Positions 1-8,976 of a DNA stretch of 64,000 bases are shown here, piece by piece; the first letter of the stretch is position 1; each line of letters starts with the position of its first letter. Below the pieces are notes generated by a model, which searched no databases, was not told the origin of the DNA, and saw only the letters and a program-made list of their open reading frames with translations. Position numbers and translations under genes: made by a program. Source of the stretch: Acidimicrobiales bacterium (GTDB taxonomy: Bacteria > Actinomycetota > Acidimicrobiia > Acidimicrobiales > UBA8592); contig JAQWQL010000110.1 of NCBI GenBank assembly GCA_029244605.1, positions 674-64,673 of the forward strand. Direction: 5' to 3'.

Positions 1-1624
1 AAATTTTCGCTAGCCTAATGATACGTACTGAGATATAAGACGGCTTTTGTAATTTTCTATATAACTTTTTTCGAATTGCTTTTTTGACAGGAGGAAGATT
101 CATCTCTTCTATCTCTAACAGTAATTTCATCAAGAGAAATCTGAGTTGCAGTAAAGACTCGCTAGGGCCTACTTCATTGAGCACAGAAGCTAAATAAGGT
201 TCCCAGACCTTCTTCGGGTGCCCCTGAGCTACCAATACCTTTCCTATATTTAGTCTTGAAGCACGTTCTGTGGAAAATTGACGATTCTTCTTTGAAGCCG
301 CGCGGACCCTTCTAAAATAGTTTAAAGAAGTTGAGTAGGAACCATTATAAAAAAAGACGTTTGCCTGTGCATTAAGAGCAGCCACCTCTTTGGGCGAACA
401 TCGATCATCTGTTTCTAATTTGATTTCAACTGCAGGATTTTCCGATAAGGGATCCCATTTCTGAGGCGAGATATTTTCCCAAATCTTTAGCCCTTGCATC
501 CACAAGTCTTCATCTAGAGCTGAATGGTCGATCTGATTAATTATCGAATCAAGTTTGTCTAGATCGACCTTAGAACCAAGGCGATGGTTGATCTGTTCCA
601 TACGGTATGAACCTAAAATAGATGCATTGATCTTTGGGCTACATGACAGTTCTCGGTAGAAACTGTCTGGCAACTCAATTTTCTCCGTAAAGTTAATCAA
701 TATTTCTAAGGGAATTAACTCCCAATTAACGAAGTCTAGAAGCATCCCTTTACTCACTTCGAGTTCCCTATCTGAAAGTTCTCTAATGCTTACCAAGAAG
801 ATTTCTATCGCTTTTTGTCCTACGGCTCTACTAAACCAGTTTCTACCTCTATATAAATCAGAAGAAGAAAGCCTCGAGTTGTAATCGATTAATAATTCTA
901 AAGATGAAATATTTTGAACTTCTTTGATAATCGAATGAGGGCCTTCTTCGTACTGCTGGGTTACCTTTATTTCTTCGCTGACCGAGTTAGGTGTTTCCAT
1001 ATCTGGTTTTAGAGATAGCCGATGGACTATGTCAACTTGAAGCCAGAGAGGGATCTCATCGCCTAATTGTTCAAGACCAGAAGCATAAAGTTCTTCATGT
1101 CTAGTCATTTCTGCTAGAAGAAGAGAGTGTAGGCCCCTATGAGGGTTCCGGGGCTTTGCATTTATCAACGAATCTATATCACCTTCATTCAGTTCTTCTA
1201 TCTCAAAAAATCGATTTGGTTGAATGTCGAACTCCTGAGTTAGAAATGAAGGGCCAAAAACAAACGACGATCTATGAATAACTTCGATTGCTGAAAGTCT
1301 TTCAGGAGAAAATCCGCCGCTATGAATCCAAGTAAGAGGGTAACGGTAAGACATAGCGCATGATTTAAACTCTAAATCAAAAATAACAAAAGAAAGGTTC
1401 CCATGTAGCCCCTTGAATGCGTCCTGTAGTTCAATTGGTCGATCAAGGTCAACCGGAAAAAAATACGCTTCTGGGTACCTGCCATACAGACCATTGGTTT
1501 CAAGTTCTGTTAGTGATACAGCAATTTTTGTGTTAGAAAAACTAGAAATCTCTGAGACTATGTCACAAGTTTTCTGGTTTAAGAGAGTCTCCGCTTTTGC
1601 AAAGATAATCGTTGAGTTATTCAT
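1..1624 (-). CDS. Large hypothetical protein (>540 aa, runs off the window start); possible TPR-like helical region
   Basis: Missing from the ORF track. Manual translation from ATG at 1624 (MNNSTIIFAKAETLLNQKTCDIVSEIS...) stays open to base 2. Segment ALNAQANVFFYNGSYSTSLNYFRRV...RLNIGKVLVAQG looks TPR-like. Confidence 0.75.
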   Translation of the reverse strand, partial: MNNSTIIFAKAETLLNQKTCDIVSEISSFSNTKIAVSLTELETNGLYGRYPEAYFFPVDLDRPIELQDAFKGLHGNLSFVIFDLEFKSCAMSYRYPLTWIHSGGFSPERLSAIEVIHRSSFVFGPSFLTQEFDIQPNRFFEIEELNEGDIDSLINAKPRNPHRGLHSLLLAEMTRHEELYASGLEQLGDEIPLWLQVDIVHRLSLKPDMETPNSVSEEIKVTQQYEEGPHSIIKEVQNISSLELLIDYNSRLSSSDLYRGRNWFSRAVGQKAIEIFLVSIRELSDRELEVSKGMLLDFVNWELIPLEILINFTEKIELPDSFYRELSCSPKINASILGSYRMEQINHRLGSKVDLDKLDSIINQIDHSALDEDLWMQGLKIWENISPQKWDPLSENPAVEIKLETDDRCSPKEVAALNAQANVFFYNGSYSTSLNYFRRVRAASKKNRQFSTERASRLNIGKVLVAQGHPKKVWEPYLASVLNEVGPSESLLQLRFLLMKLLLEIEEMNLPPVKKAIRKKLYRKLQKPSYISVRIIRLAKI

Positions 1625-1732
1625 AGGTTCATTTTGGCTTTTACTTTAACCTTACAGAGGTGAGATGGGTCATCATCAAAAGGGAAAGCACACAGACTAA
1701 AAAAGACCTTGAGCTAGGAAAGTATTCGAGAT

Positions 1733-2785
1733 TTAAGTTATTTTACTCTCATGCTGAGCAATAGTTTCATCTATTTTCTCAAGATTTAATTTAGTCCACT
1801 CAATTGTTTTACGAATACCATCCCTGAGAGAAGTCTGGGCTAGGAAATCCATTTCTTCCAATGACTTTTCAGTTGAACCGAATCGACGACCAGATCGGTC
1901 CCAATCTCTTGCAGGAAGCATTTCTAACTCGGATCTAGAATCTGTCTCTTCCAGAATAACTTCAGCTAGTTCTTTTATCGTCGTCTCGACTCCGCTTGCA
2001 AGATTATAAACACCTCCAACCTCACCGAGAGTTGCACATCTAATAAGTCCGTCGACAAGGTCTTCAACGTAAATGAAATCGCGACTATTTCGCCCTTCGT
2101 TATCAAGGCTTAGCTTCTCACCCTTAATCGCCCGATATATGAACGTAGGAACAACATTTCTCCATACTGTTGCCGGCGTGCCGCGCCACTTCCCCGCACC
2201 TAGAATTTCTCTTGGCCCATAAACATTCTGAAACCGTGCTTTCACCGACGGAAGACCTGATGATCGTTCAAAATAATTTAGGTAAAACTCACCGACGATC
2301 TTCGAGATTTGATAGGGAGAATCCAAATAGAGCGAAACAGCATCATCTTCACTTGTTGCAAGAGCTTCGTCATATGTTTTCTCTGCAACGGTGCAGCCAG
2401 CTGAGGCATAGACAAGAGATCGCAAAGATGTAGAAGCAGAAAAGTGGTCAGCTAAGACGAGTGTCGTCCTTAAATTATTTTCATGATCCTCATGAGGATT
2501 TGCAATCGAACTTTGGTTCCCATGATATGTAGCCAAATGGAAAACAATGTCCCAGTCTGCTCCCAACTTCTCCAAAAGACCATCTTCATTAATCGACAGA
2601 CCAGTAACTTGAACTTTTGGATTATCAGGAATATTAAATGGTTCAGCTGATAAGAAATTATCAACAATATGAACTACTTCTGCACCGTCTTCGATTAATC
2701 GATGTACTAAATTCGAACCTACGAAACCAGCGCCGCCGACGACCAGAATTCTGGAATCAGCAATTGAAGTTCTTTCCAAATTCAC
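1733..2785 (-). CDS. wbmF: NAD-dependent nucleotide-sugar epimerase (extended SDR), WbmF-like
   Basis: GGAGFVG Rossmann motif and YQISK (YxxxK). HLATYHGNQSSI, AGC..AEKT and GAGKWRGTPATVWRNV segments match Bordetella WbmF as recalled. Confidence 0.85.
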   Translation of the reverse strand: MNLERTSIADSRILVVGGAGFVGSNLVHRLIEDGAEVVHIVDNFLSAEPFNIPDNPKVQVTGLSINEDGLLEKLGADWDIVFHLATYHGNQSSIANPHEDHENNLRTTLVLADHFSASTSLRSLVYASAGCTVAEKTYDEALATSEDDAVSLYLDSPYQISKIVGEFYLNYFERSSGLPSVKARFQNVYGPREILGAGKWRGTPATVWRNVVPTFIYRAIKGEKLSLDNEGRNSRDFIYVEDLVDGLIRCATLGEVGGVYNLASGVETTIKELAEVILEETDSRSELEMLPARDWDRSGRRFGSTEKSLEEMDFLAQTSLRDGIRKTIEWTKLNLEKIDETIAQHESKIT

Positions 2786-3762
2786 GATGTTTCGTCTGGC
2801 ATGTGAAGATGAGTGAAAGTCTCTTCAATCCCAAACTCCCTGTAGTACCCTACGGCACGAGCAACACCATCTTCAAGAGGTGTTTTTGCTTCCCAACCAG
2901 GAAATTGTTGATGGGTCTTGCCTGGATCAAGAAGGATAGTAAAAGCATCATCTTCACCACGAGGACGAACTTCGATTGGTTCATCAAGTTCGATTCCCAT
3001 AGCTTTGAGTGTTGCTTCTAGAAGGTCCTGAATGGAAACATCGGACCCAGAAGATACGTGATATGGTCCAGATTCTCCCTCACCATCTACTGCTCTTTCG
3101 ACCACATCAATTAAGTCTTCTATAAAAATAAAGTCCCTGCGAGTGTCCATCACGAACACGGATGAATCATTTGACAGACGTTGGAAAAAAGTTGGAAGCG
3201 GACCAGTAATATTTCTTGGCCCATAGCCATTGGCTAGGCGGAATGAAACCCAGTCCAATCCTGAAAGCGCTATATAATTCTCACCTGCAGTTTTACTTAT
3301 AGCGTAGCTACTTTCTCTTGGTCGCAACTCATGATCGATTGGTATCGGTTGTTCCTCAGGGTGAAGCCCATAACACAATGCGGTTTGGAAATAGATGAAC
3401 CGTTCGACGTCACATTTTCTGGACTCATTAACGACTACTGATGTTCCAACAACATTTGTTTCTGCATCTTCGACCCACGCTTCGGGATCTTTGTATGAAG
3501 CTGCAGCATGCACCACCACATCAGGATTCACTCTAGAGAAAAGATCAGCCATCATATTGCTATCTGTTATAGACCCTTCAATAATTTCCAGTTCTGGCCT
3601 TTCGACCAAATTATCTCGCCGGCCGGTTGCAAAGTTGTCAACTACTACAACCCGATATCCCTTACCCAGAAGACGATCCGTTAAGGCAGAGCCAATAAAA
3701 CCCGCTCCGCCAGTAATTAATACAACCTTTTCGCTCACAAAATCTCCTATTTCTAATGCCAT
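2782..3762 (-). CDS. NAD-dependent nucleotide-sugar oxidoreductase (extended SDR), WbmG/WbmH-like
   Basis: GGAGFIG, DNFATGRR, HAAASYKDP, YFQTALCYG, SSYAISK and GPLPTFFQRL motifs as in Bordetella WbmG/WbmH. Its stop overlaps the start of the wbmF-like gene (GTGA). Confidence 0.85.
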   Translation of the reverse strand: MALEIGDFVSEKVVLITGGAGFIGSALTDRLLGKGYRVVVVDNFATGRRDNLVERPELEIIEGSITDSNMMADLFSRVNPDVVVHAAASYKDPEAWVEDAETNVVGTSVVVNESRKCDVERFIYFQTALCYGLHPEEQPIPIDHELRPRESSYAISKTAGENYIALSGLDWVSFRLANGYGPRNITGPLPTFFQRLSNDSSVFVMDTRRDFIFIEDLIDVVERAVDGEGESGPYHVSSGSDVSIQDLLEATLKAMGIELDEPIEVRPRGEDDAFTILLDPGKTHQQFPGWEAKTPLEDGVARAVGYYREFGIEETFTHLHMPDETS

Positions 3763-3888
3763 GAAGCAATAAACCGACTCCCCATCCTATATCAAAAGAT
3801 ACTAAGTTCCTTTCGATACCTTCGTCATTAATAAATTATTTTCACGCAAACATAACAAACCAGAAAATACATTGTATCTTGTCTCACT

Positions 3889-6800
3889 ATGGCTTATGAC
3901 TGCGTTTTAATGTTGACATGGTCGAATTGGAAGACCGAAGCGAGAAGCAATAGGTATCACTACGCTTCACGATTTGCTAAAAGCGTTCCAGTTTTTTTCT
4001 GCCAACCTTGCGTATCTGAGAATTCCACATGTCAAATCGAGCGAACAGAGCTACCAAATGTCGATATTGTCCACACTCCAATTTCGACAAATAAATTAAC
4101 GACTCCTGTCGCCGAGTATGACCCCACCTGCTCTAAAGAATCAATTGAAGATATCAAATCGCTATTACGAAGTAGAGGACTCTCCAGGCCATTAGTTTGG
4201 ATTTACAACACTGCAAACTACTTCGAGACTATTCAGGCATTTCCCAATTCCCTTAGAGTCCTCCACGCAACTGAAGATTACTTCACTCATGCTAAGGGAA
4301 TATACGAGCAGAATATGGGAGGAGAAACTACAAAACGCAACCTTCAAAAAACACTTGACATAACTGATCTTGTGATCGCTGTTTCTCAAGGAGTACTAAA
4401 TGGGATTGAAAAAAATACTAATTATTGCGGCAAACACATTGTTCTAGAAAACGGCGTAGATACTAAATTCTTTACAGATCTGGCATCAAAAAAGAAAAAC
4501 AAAATCCAGTCGGAGAAGGTTAAATCTCGGAAGCCAGTCACTATCTACCAAGGTGGGATCAACAAGCGACTTGATTACGAGCTATTAGAAACAGTGATAA
4601 AGAAGCTGCCTGATTGGGATTTTTGGTTTTGCGGAGGAGTAAGGGATCAAGATGACGAGCAGAAAGCTATTTGGAAAGCTTTATTAAAGAAAAAAAATGT
4701 TTCATGGTTTGGTGATCTCCCTCCGGAAGAATTCGGAGCCCATATGCTCGCTTCTTCTGTAGGGATCATTCCCTTTGTTCAGAACGAATGGATTAAGGGC
4801 TCTGCCCCATTAAAATCCTTCGAATACCTAGCTTGTGATTTACCGGTAGTGTCCGTTCCTATTGATTCACTAGAAAATTATCCAGATCACTTCAAACTAG
4901 CTGAGACAGCTGACGAATTTGTTGCAGAAATACGTTCCTCATTGAAATTAAAGAATGACCGACCTTTCCAAGAGGCGAGAAAAAAACTATGTGAAGAGAG
5001 ATCCTACGATCACATTTTCAAATCAGCAAACGAAAATATCTCAGATCTGCTTAAAGATTTCCGAAGCTCTGAGAAAGTGCTTAATACTCTAATCCTCTAT
5101 GATGAGAACTCAACACATGTGAACACAATAGAAGAGCACCTTTTATCTTTTAAAAGATACTCAAAAAATAATGTCTTCTTCTTGCCAGCGACTGGAAACT
5201 ACCCGCTTGAAAATCTTGACCCAGATACTGTATACAACCTAGATGTATTTGATGTAATAATTATTCACTATTCTGTACGTCTCAGCCTTAGGGACCATTT
5301 GAACAGTGATCTTGTCGATCTATTGGCTCGGCACTCCGGAATTAAAGTCTTATTTATTCAGGATGAATACGACACACCAGAAATTGCCAGACAATGGATA
5401 GAACGACTGAATATTAATATGGTTTACACGTGTGTGCGTCCAGAAGATACTGAGTACGTCTACCCCAAATATCGATTTCAGACAACAGAATTTCTTCAGA
5501 CGCTCACTGGATACATTCCAGAAAATATCCCTAATAGTCTCCAAATTCCTGATATAGCTAAGCGAAAAATTCGAATTGGGTACAGAGGAAGAAAACTCCC
5601 ATTCATATATGGAAGCTTAGGAAACGAAAAATATGAGATAGGTCTCAAAGTCAAAGAATACGCAGAGGGAAAAGGTATCCCGGTAGATATAGAAATAGAT
5701 GATTCAAAGCGCATCTACGGAGATGGATGGTATAGCTTTCTTGGGTCAGCAAGGGCAACCTTAGGAACCGAAAGCGGCTCAAACGTTTTTGACAATGACG
5801 GAACAGTCGCCCAAGAGATCGACTTTATGTTGAATGAAAATCCAGAAGTCGCCTTCGATGAAGTTTTCACTTCGGTTCTAGCTAAGCATGAAGAAAGAAT
5901 CACTATGAATCAAATCTCACCAAAGATTTTTGAATCGATTCTTTTTCGTACAGCGCTAGTCTTATTTGAAGGGGAATATTCTGGTGTTGTCCAACCGGAA
6001 AAACACTACATACCTCTAAAAAAAGACTTTTCAAATATAGACTCAGTGTTCGAGAAATTAGAAGATCTGAAGTATCTAGAGCAAATCACGAGTCGTGCTT
6101 ATTCCGACGTAATCGATTCGGGACTTTATTCATACCAGTCATTTGTTGAAGGAATTGACGCGGATTTAGATGCAAGACTTCTAAGGGATAAGAAATACGA
6201 TTTATTCCAATACCCCGCTATTGCCAAAGACTCTAAAGGCGAATTCAAACAACTTCTTCCTTTAAATAACCTCGGCCTTACTTTATCAACTGGAATTTTC
6301 CCTCGCGGGTTTGATCGGACACAAATATCAGTAACCGAAGCAGCACAAGTAGCAGCTGAAGAAGCACAAGTAGCAGCTGAAGAAGCACGAGTAGCAGCTG
6401 CACAAGAAGTGCAAGCAATTATCGATCAGGCAAATGCTGAAAGAGCAAGAGCCGAAGCAGCTCTCGTTCAAACTCAAGCTGAAAAAGAACTAGCATTGGC
6501 ACAAGCTGAATCCGAAAGAGCTCAAGCACAAGCATCTCTAGCGCACGCTGAAAAAGAGTTGGCATTGGCGCATGCTAAAGCCGAGAGAGCTCAAGCTGAA
6601 GCAACCCTCGCGCAAACTCAAGCCGCTGAAGAAGCAGTTCAAGCAACTCTCGATCAGGCAAATGCTGAAAGAGCAGGAGCCGAAGCAGCTCTCGCTCAAG
6701 CTCAAGTTCAAATTGAAAAAGAGTTAGCATTGGTACAAGCTGAATCAACCCTCGCGCAAACTCAAGCCGCTGAAGGAGCCAAACCAGAGACAATATTAAA

Positions 6801-7032
6801 CATTGCAGAAGTAAAAATAAGTCCGTTTAAGGATAATCATTCCTTAGAATATAAAATCGCACGGAAAATATGGAACTTCATACCTAAAAATTCAAGGTAT
6901 AGAGTAATTGCAAATCTTAAAAAAATGAAAAGTCCCGATCGAAAACTAGGAATCTCTATGAAAATTGTTCTTAAATTTTGGCGCCTAATGCCGAGAAATC
7001 TAAGAAGAAGAATCAAGCGAGTTTTACGGTAG
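3889..7032 (+). CDS. Multidomain glycosyltransferase: N-terminal GT-B (TuaH/GT4-like), second GT-like domain, ~150-aa Ala/Glu/Gln coiled coil, basic C-terminal helices
   Basis: N-domain motifs YQGGINKRLDYELL, GIIPF and PLKSFEYLACDLPVVS. Second domain has IQDEYD, GYRGRKLP and NQISPKIFE. The C-terminus is AEQ-rich repeats followed by a K/R/W-rich tail. Confidence 0.8.
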   Translation: MAYDCVLMLTWSNWKTEARSNRYHYASRFAKSVPVFFCQPCVSENSTCQIERTELPNVDIVHTPISTNKLTTPVAEYDPTCSKESIEDIKSLLRSRGLSRPLVWIYNTANYFETIQAFPNSLRVLHATEDYFTHAKGIYEQNMGGETTKRNLQKTLDITDLVIAVSQGVLNGIEKNTNYCGKHIVLENGVDTKFFTDLASKKKNKIQSEKVKSRKPVTIYQGGINKRLDYELLETVIKKLPDWDFWFCGGVRDQDDEQKAIWKALLKKKNVSWFGDLPPEEFGAHMLASSVGIIPFVQNEWIKGSAPLKSFEYLACDLPVVSVPIDSLENYPDHFKLAETADEFVAEIRSSLKLKNDRPFQEARKKLCEERSYDHIFKSANENISDLLKDFRSSEKVLNTLILYDENSTHVNTIEEHLLSFKRYSKNNVFFLPATGNYPLENLDPDTVYNLDVFDVIIIHYSVRLSLRDHLNSDLVDLLARHSGIKVLFIQDEYDTPEIARQWIERLNINMVYTCVRPEDTEYVYPKYRFQTTEFLQTLTGYIPENIPNSLQIPDIAKRKIRIGYRGRKLPFIYGSLGNEKYEIGLKVKEYAEGKGIPVDIEIDDSKRIYGDGWYSFLGSARATLGTESGSNVFDNDGTVAQEIDFMLNENPEVAFDEVFTSVLAKHEERITMNQISPKIFESILFRTALVLFEGEYSGVVQPEKHYIPLKKDFSNIDSVFEKLEDLKYLEQITSRAYSDVIDSGLYSYQSFVEGIDADLDARLLRDKKYDLFQYPAIAKDSKGEFKQLLPLNNLGLTLSTGIFPRGFDRTQISVTEAAQVAAEEAQVAAEEARVAAAQEVQAIIDQANAERARAEAALVQTQAEKELALAQAESERAQAQASLAHAEKELALAHAKAERAQAEATLAQTQAAEEAVQATLDQANAERAGAEAALAQAQVQIEKELALVQAESTLAQTQAAEGAKPETILNIAEVKISPFKDNHSLEYKIARKIWNFIPKNSRYRVIANLKKMKSPDRKLGISMKIVLKFWRLMPRNLRRRIKRVLR
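6337..6780 (+). repeat. In-frame coding repeats building a coiled coil
   Basis: Three tandem 21-bp units GAAGAAGCACAAGTAGCAGCT-like at 6337-6399. A 43-bp segment at 6424-6466 recurs at 6652-6694 with 1 mismatch. ACCCTCGCGCAAACTCAAGCCGCTGAAG occurs at ~6604 and ~6748. Confidence 0.9.
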
Positions 7033-7037
7033 AAAAT

Positions 7038-8936
7038 ATGTGTGGATTCGTTGCTTTAATCTCTCCCTCAATACCTATTGATAGAAATTTGTTGAATATT
7101 ATGCGAGACAGGCTATACCACAGAGGACCCGATAACGGTTTAACCTGGGTTCACGACATTCATCGTGTTGGACTAGCTCATAGACGTTTATCGATACTTG
7201 ATCTTTCTCGAGATGCTGACCAACCAATGGTAAGCAAGGATGGGAACTTCCGCATTGTCTTTAATGGTGAAATCTATAATTACGTGGAATTAAGATCTGA
7301 ACTTGCATCTAAAGGAATAAAATTTCGAACTACTTCTGACACTGAAGTACTACTTGAAGCTTTAATTGAATGGGGAGAAGATGCTCTTCCAAAGCTGAAC
7401 GGAATGTTCGCATTCACTCTTTGGGATGAGAAGCGTAAACAATTATTAATTGCACGTGATCGGTTTGGAGAAAAACCGGTGTTTATTGGAAGGGGCCTAC
7501 ATGGGACGACAGCTATAGCCTCAGAAATTAAATCTATACTCGCTCATCCCACGATTCCATGCCAATCAAGTGAGGAAGCTTTAAATAGATACATAAATGG
7601 TAGTTGGTATGAAGATGATGAACTCACTTTCTTCGAAGGGATTGAAAGATTACCCGCTGCTCACGCAACTTGGATAAACCTTCATGGAGAGACTGTGAAG
7701 CGCTGGAGATACTGGACGCCTAACTACAGTGATATTAACTATGACATAACTCTTAAAGATGGAGCTGACCGTTTTAAAGACCTCTTTCAGAGAAGTATAG
7801 ACATGCGACTCCGTTCAGATGTTCCAGTCGGATCCAGCCTCTCAGGCGGAATCGACTCTTCTGCAATCGTAGGATTCTTGAGTAAACAAAGAAATAAGAA
7901 TACCTTCTCGCAAAATACATTCTCCGCCGTATTCCCAGACGATCCGGCGATTTCTGAACATGATGAAATCAGCCAAGTAGTTACATATTCTGACGTGGAC
8001 TCATATACAACGATCCCACAGTCAAAAATGCTAGAACGCGAATCAAAAAGACTCCACTATCACCAAGAAGAACCTTTTCTATCTGCCTCAATATACCTTC
8101 AATGGTGTGTTGCAAGGCTAGCGAAGGAGCGTAATACAACAGTTCTGCTAGATGGGCAAGGAGCTGACGAGCTTCTAGCCGGATATCAATTCTATTTTCG
8201 TCAACACCAACTTGACCTTCTTGACAAAGGCCTCTTAGACGAGGCTATTACCACTACAGAAAAATTCAGCTCAAGAATATACTCAGCATCTGAAAAATTC
8301 CAAGATAAAGGAAGAAGAGTCCATTTAGATGTCATGTATACAGTCGATGAACTCCGCCAAATGGCCGGGAACACTCCAAGTGTTTTTCATTATCCATACA
8401 CTGTTGGAGTAGCACCACCTGAAAAAGGGTTCAGACTTCGAAGAACAATTTCCGAAGCGCTTCTATACAACTGTTTACCAATGCTTCTTCGTTACGCTGA
8501 CAGGAACTCTATGGCGTTTTCTCGGGAAGCCCGCTTACCTTTCCTTGACTACGACCTAGTCGACTACTGCCTAACACTTCCAGACTCCTTATACATAAAT
8601 GACGGTTGGCAGAAAATCGTTTTACGCGAGGCAACCAAAGGAGTAATTCCGGAAGAAATTCGCTGGCGAACTGACAAAGTCGGTTATGCGGCTCCATTGG
8701 ATATTTGGATGCGAAGAGATCTAAAAGGTTGGACAGAAGAACGAATTTATGACAGTCAGCTTATTGACATACCAGATTATGACCGAACAACAATCGAGTC
8801 TCTCTGGGAAGATCACCAAAACGAGAAAGCCAACAATTCTTGGGCGCTTTGGAGATGGGTAAGCCTATCTGAATGGCTCGACTTGAAAAATATAGGAACG
8901 TGGAGATCAGGGATGGAAACCCACCTCTCCCATTGA
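7038..8936 (+). CDS. asnB: Asparagine synthase (glutamine-hydrolysing)-type amidotransferase, probably glycan amidation
   Basis: Ntn start MCG at ATG 7038 (the track's 6978 start is over-extended). HRGPD, HRRLSILDL, FNGEIYNY, ARDRFGEKP, SLSGGIDSS and DGQGADE motifs. Confidence 0.9.
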   Translation: MCGFVALISPSIPIDRNLLNIMRDRLYHRGPDNGLTWVHDIHRVGLAHRRLSILDLSRDADQPMVSKDGNFRIVFNGEIYNYVELRSELASKGIKFRTTSDTEVLLEALIEWGEDALPKLNGMFAFTLWDEKRKQLLIARDRFGEKPVFIGRGLHGTTAIASEIKSILAHPTIPCQSSEEALNRYINGSWYEDDELTFFEGIERLPAAHATWINLHGETVKRWRYWTPNYSDINYDITLKDGADRFKDLFQRSIDMRLRSDVPVGSSLSGGIDSSAIVGFLSKQRNKNTFSQNTFSAVFPDDPAISEHDEISQVVTYSDVDSYTTIPQSKMLERESKRLHYHQEEPFLSASIYLQWCVARLAKERNTTVLLDGQGADELLAGYQFYFRQHQLDLLDKGLLDEAITTTEKFSSRIYSASEKFQDKGRRVHLDVMYTVDELRQMAGNTPSVFHYPYTVGVAPPEKGFRLRRTISEALLYNCLPMLLRYADRNSMAFSREARLPFLDYDLVDYCLTLPDSLYINDGWQKIVLREATKGVIPEEIRWRTDKVGYAAPLDIWMRRDLKGWTEERIYDSQLIDIPDYDRTTIESLWEDHQNEKANNSWALWRWVSLSEWLDLKNIGTWRSGMETHLSH

Positions 8937-8976
8937 TTTATCCTGAAACTATAAAGAACTTAAGAATCCACAAGAA

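Noticed and set aside
1413-1649. 78-aa + strand ORF
   Set aside because: Antisense to the long - strand ORF starting at 1624.
6337-6780. Repeats as a possible CRISPR array
   Set aside because: In-frame codon repeats inside a CDS, with no constant repeat/unique spacer pattern and no cas genes.
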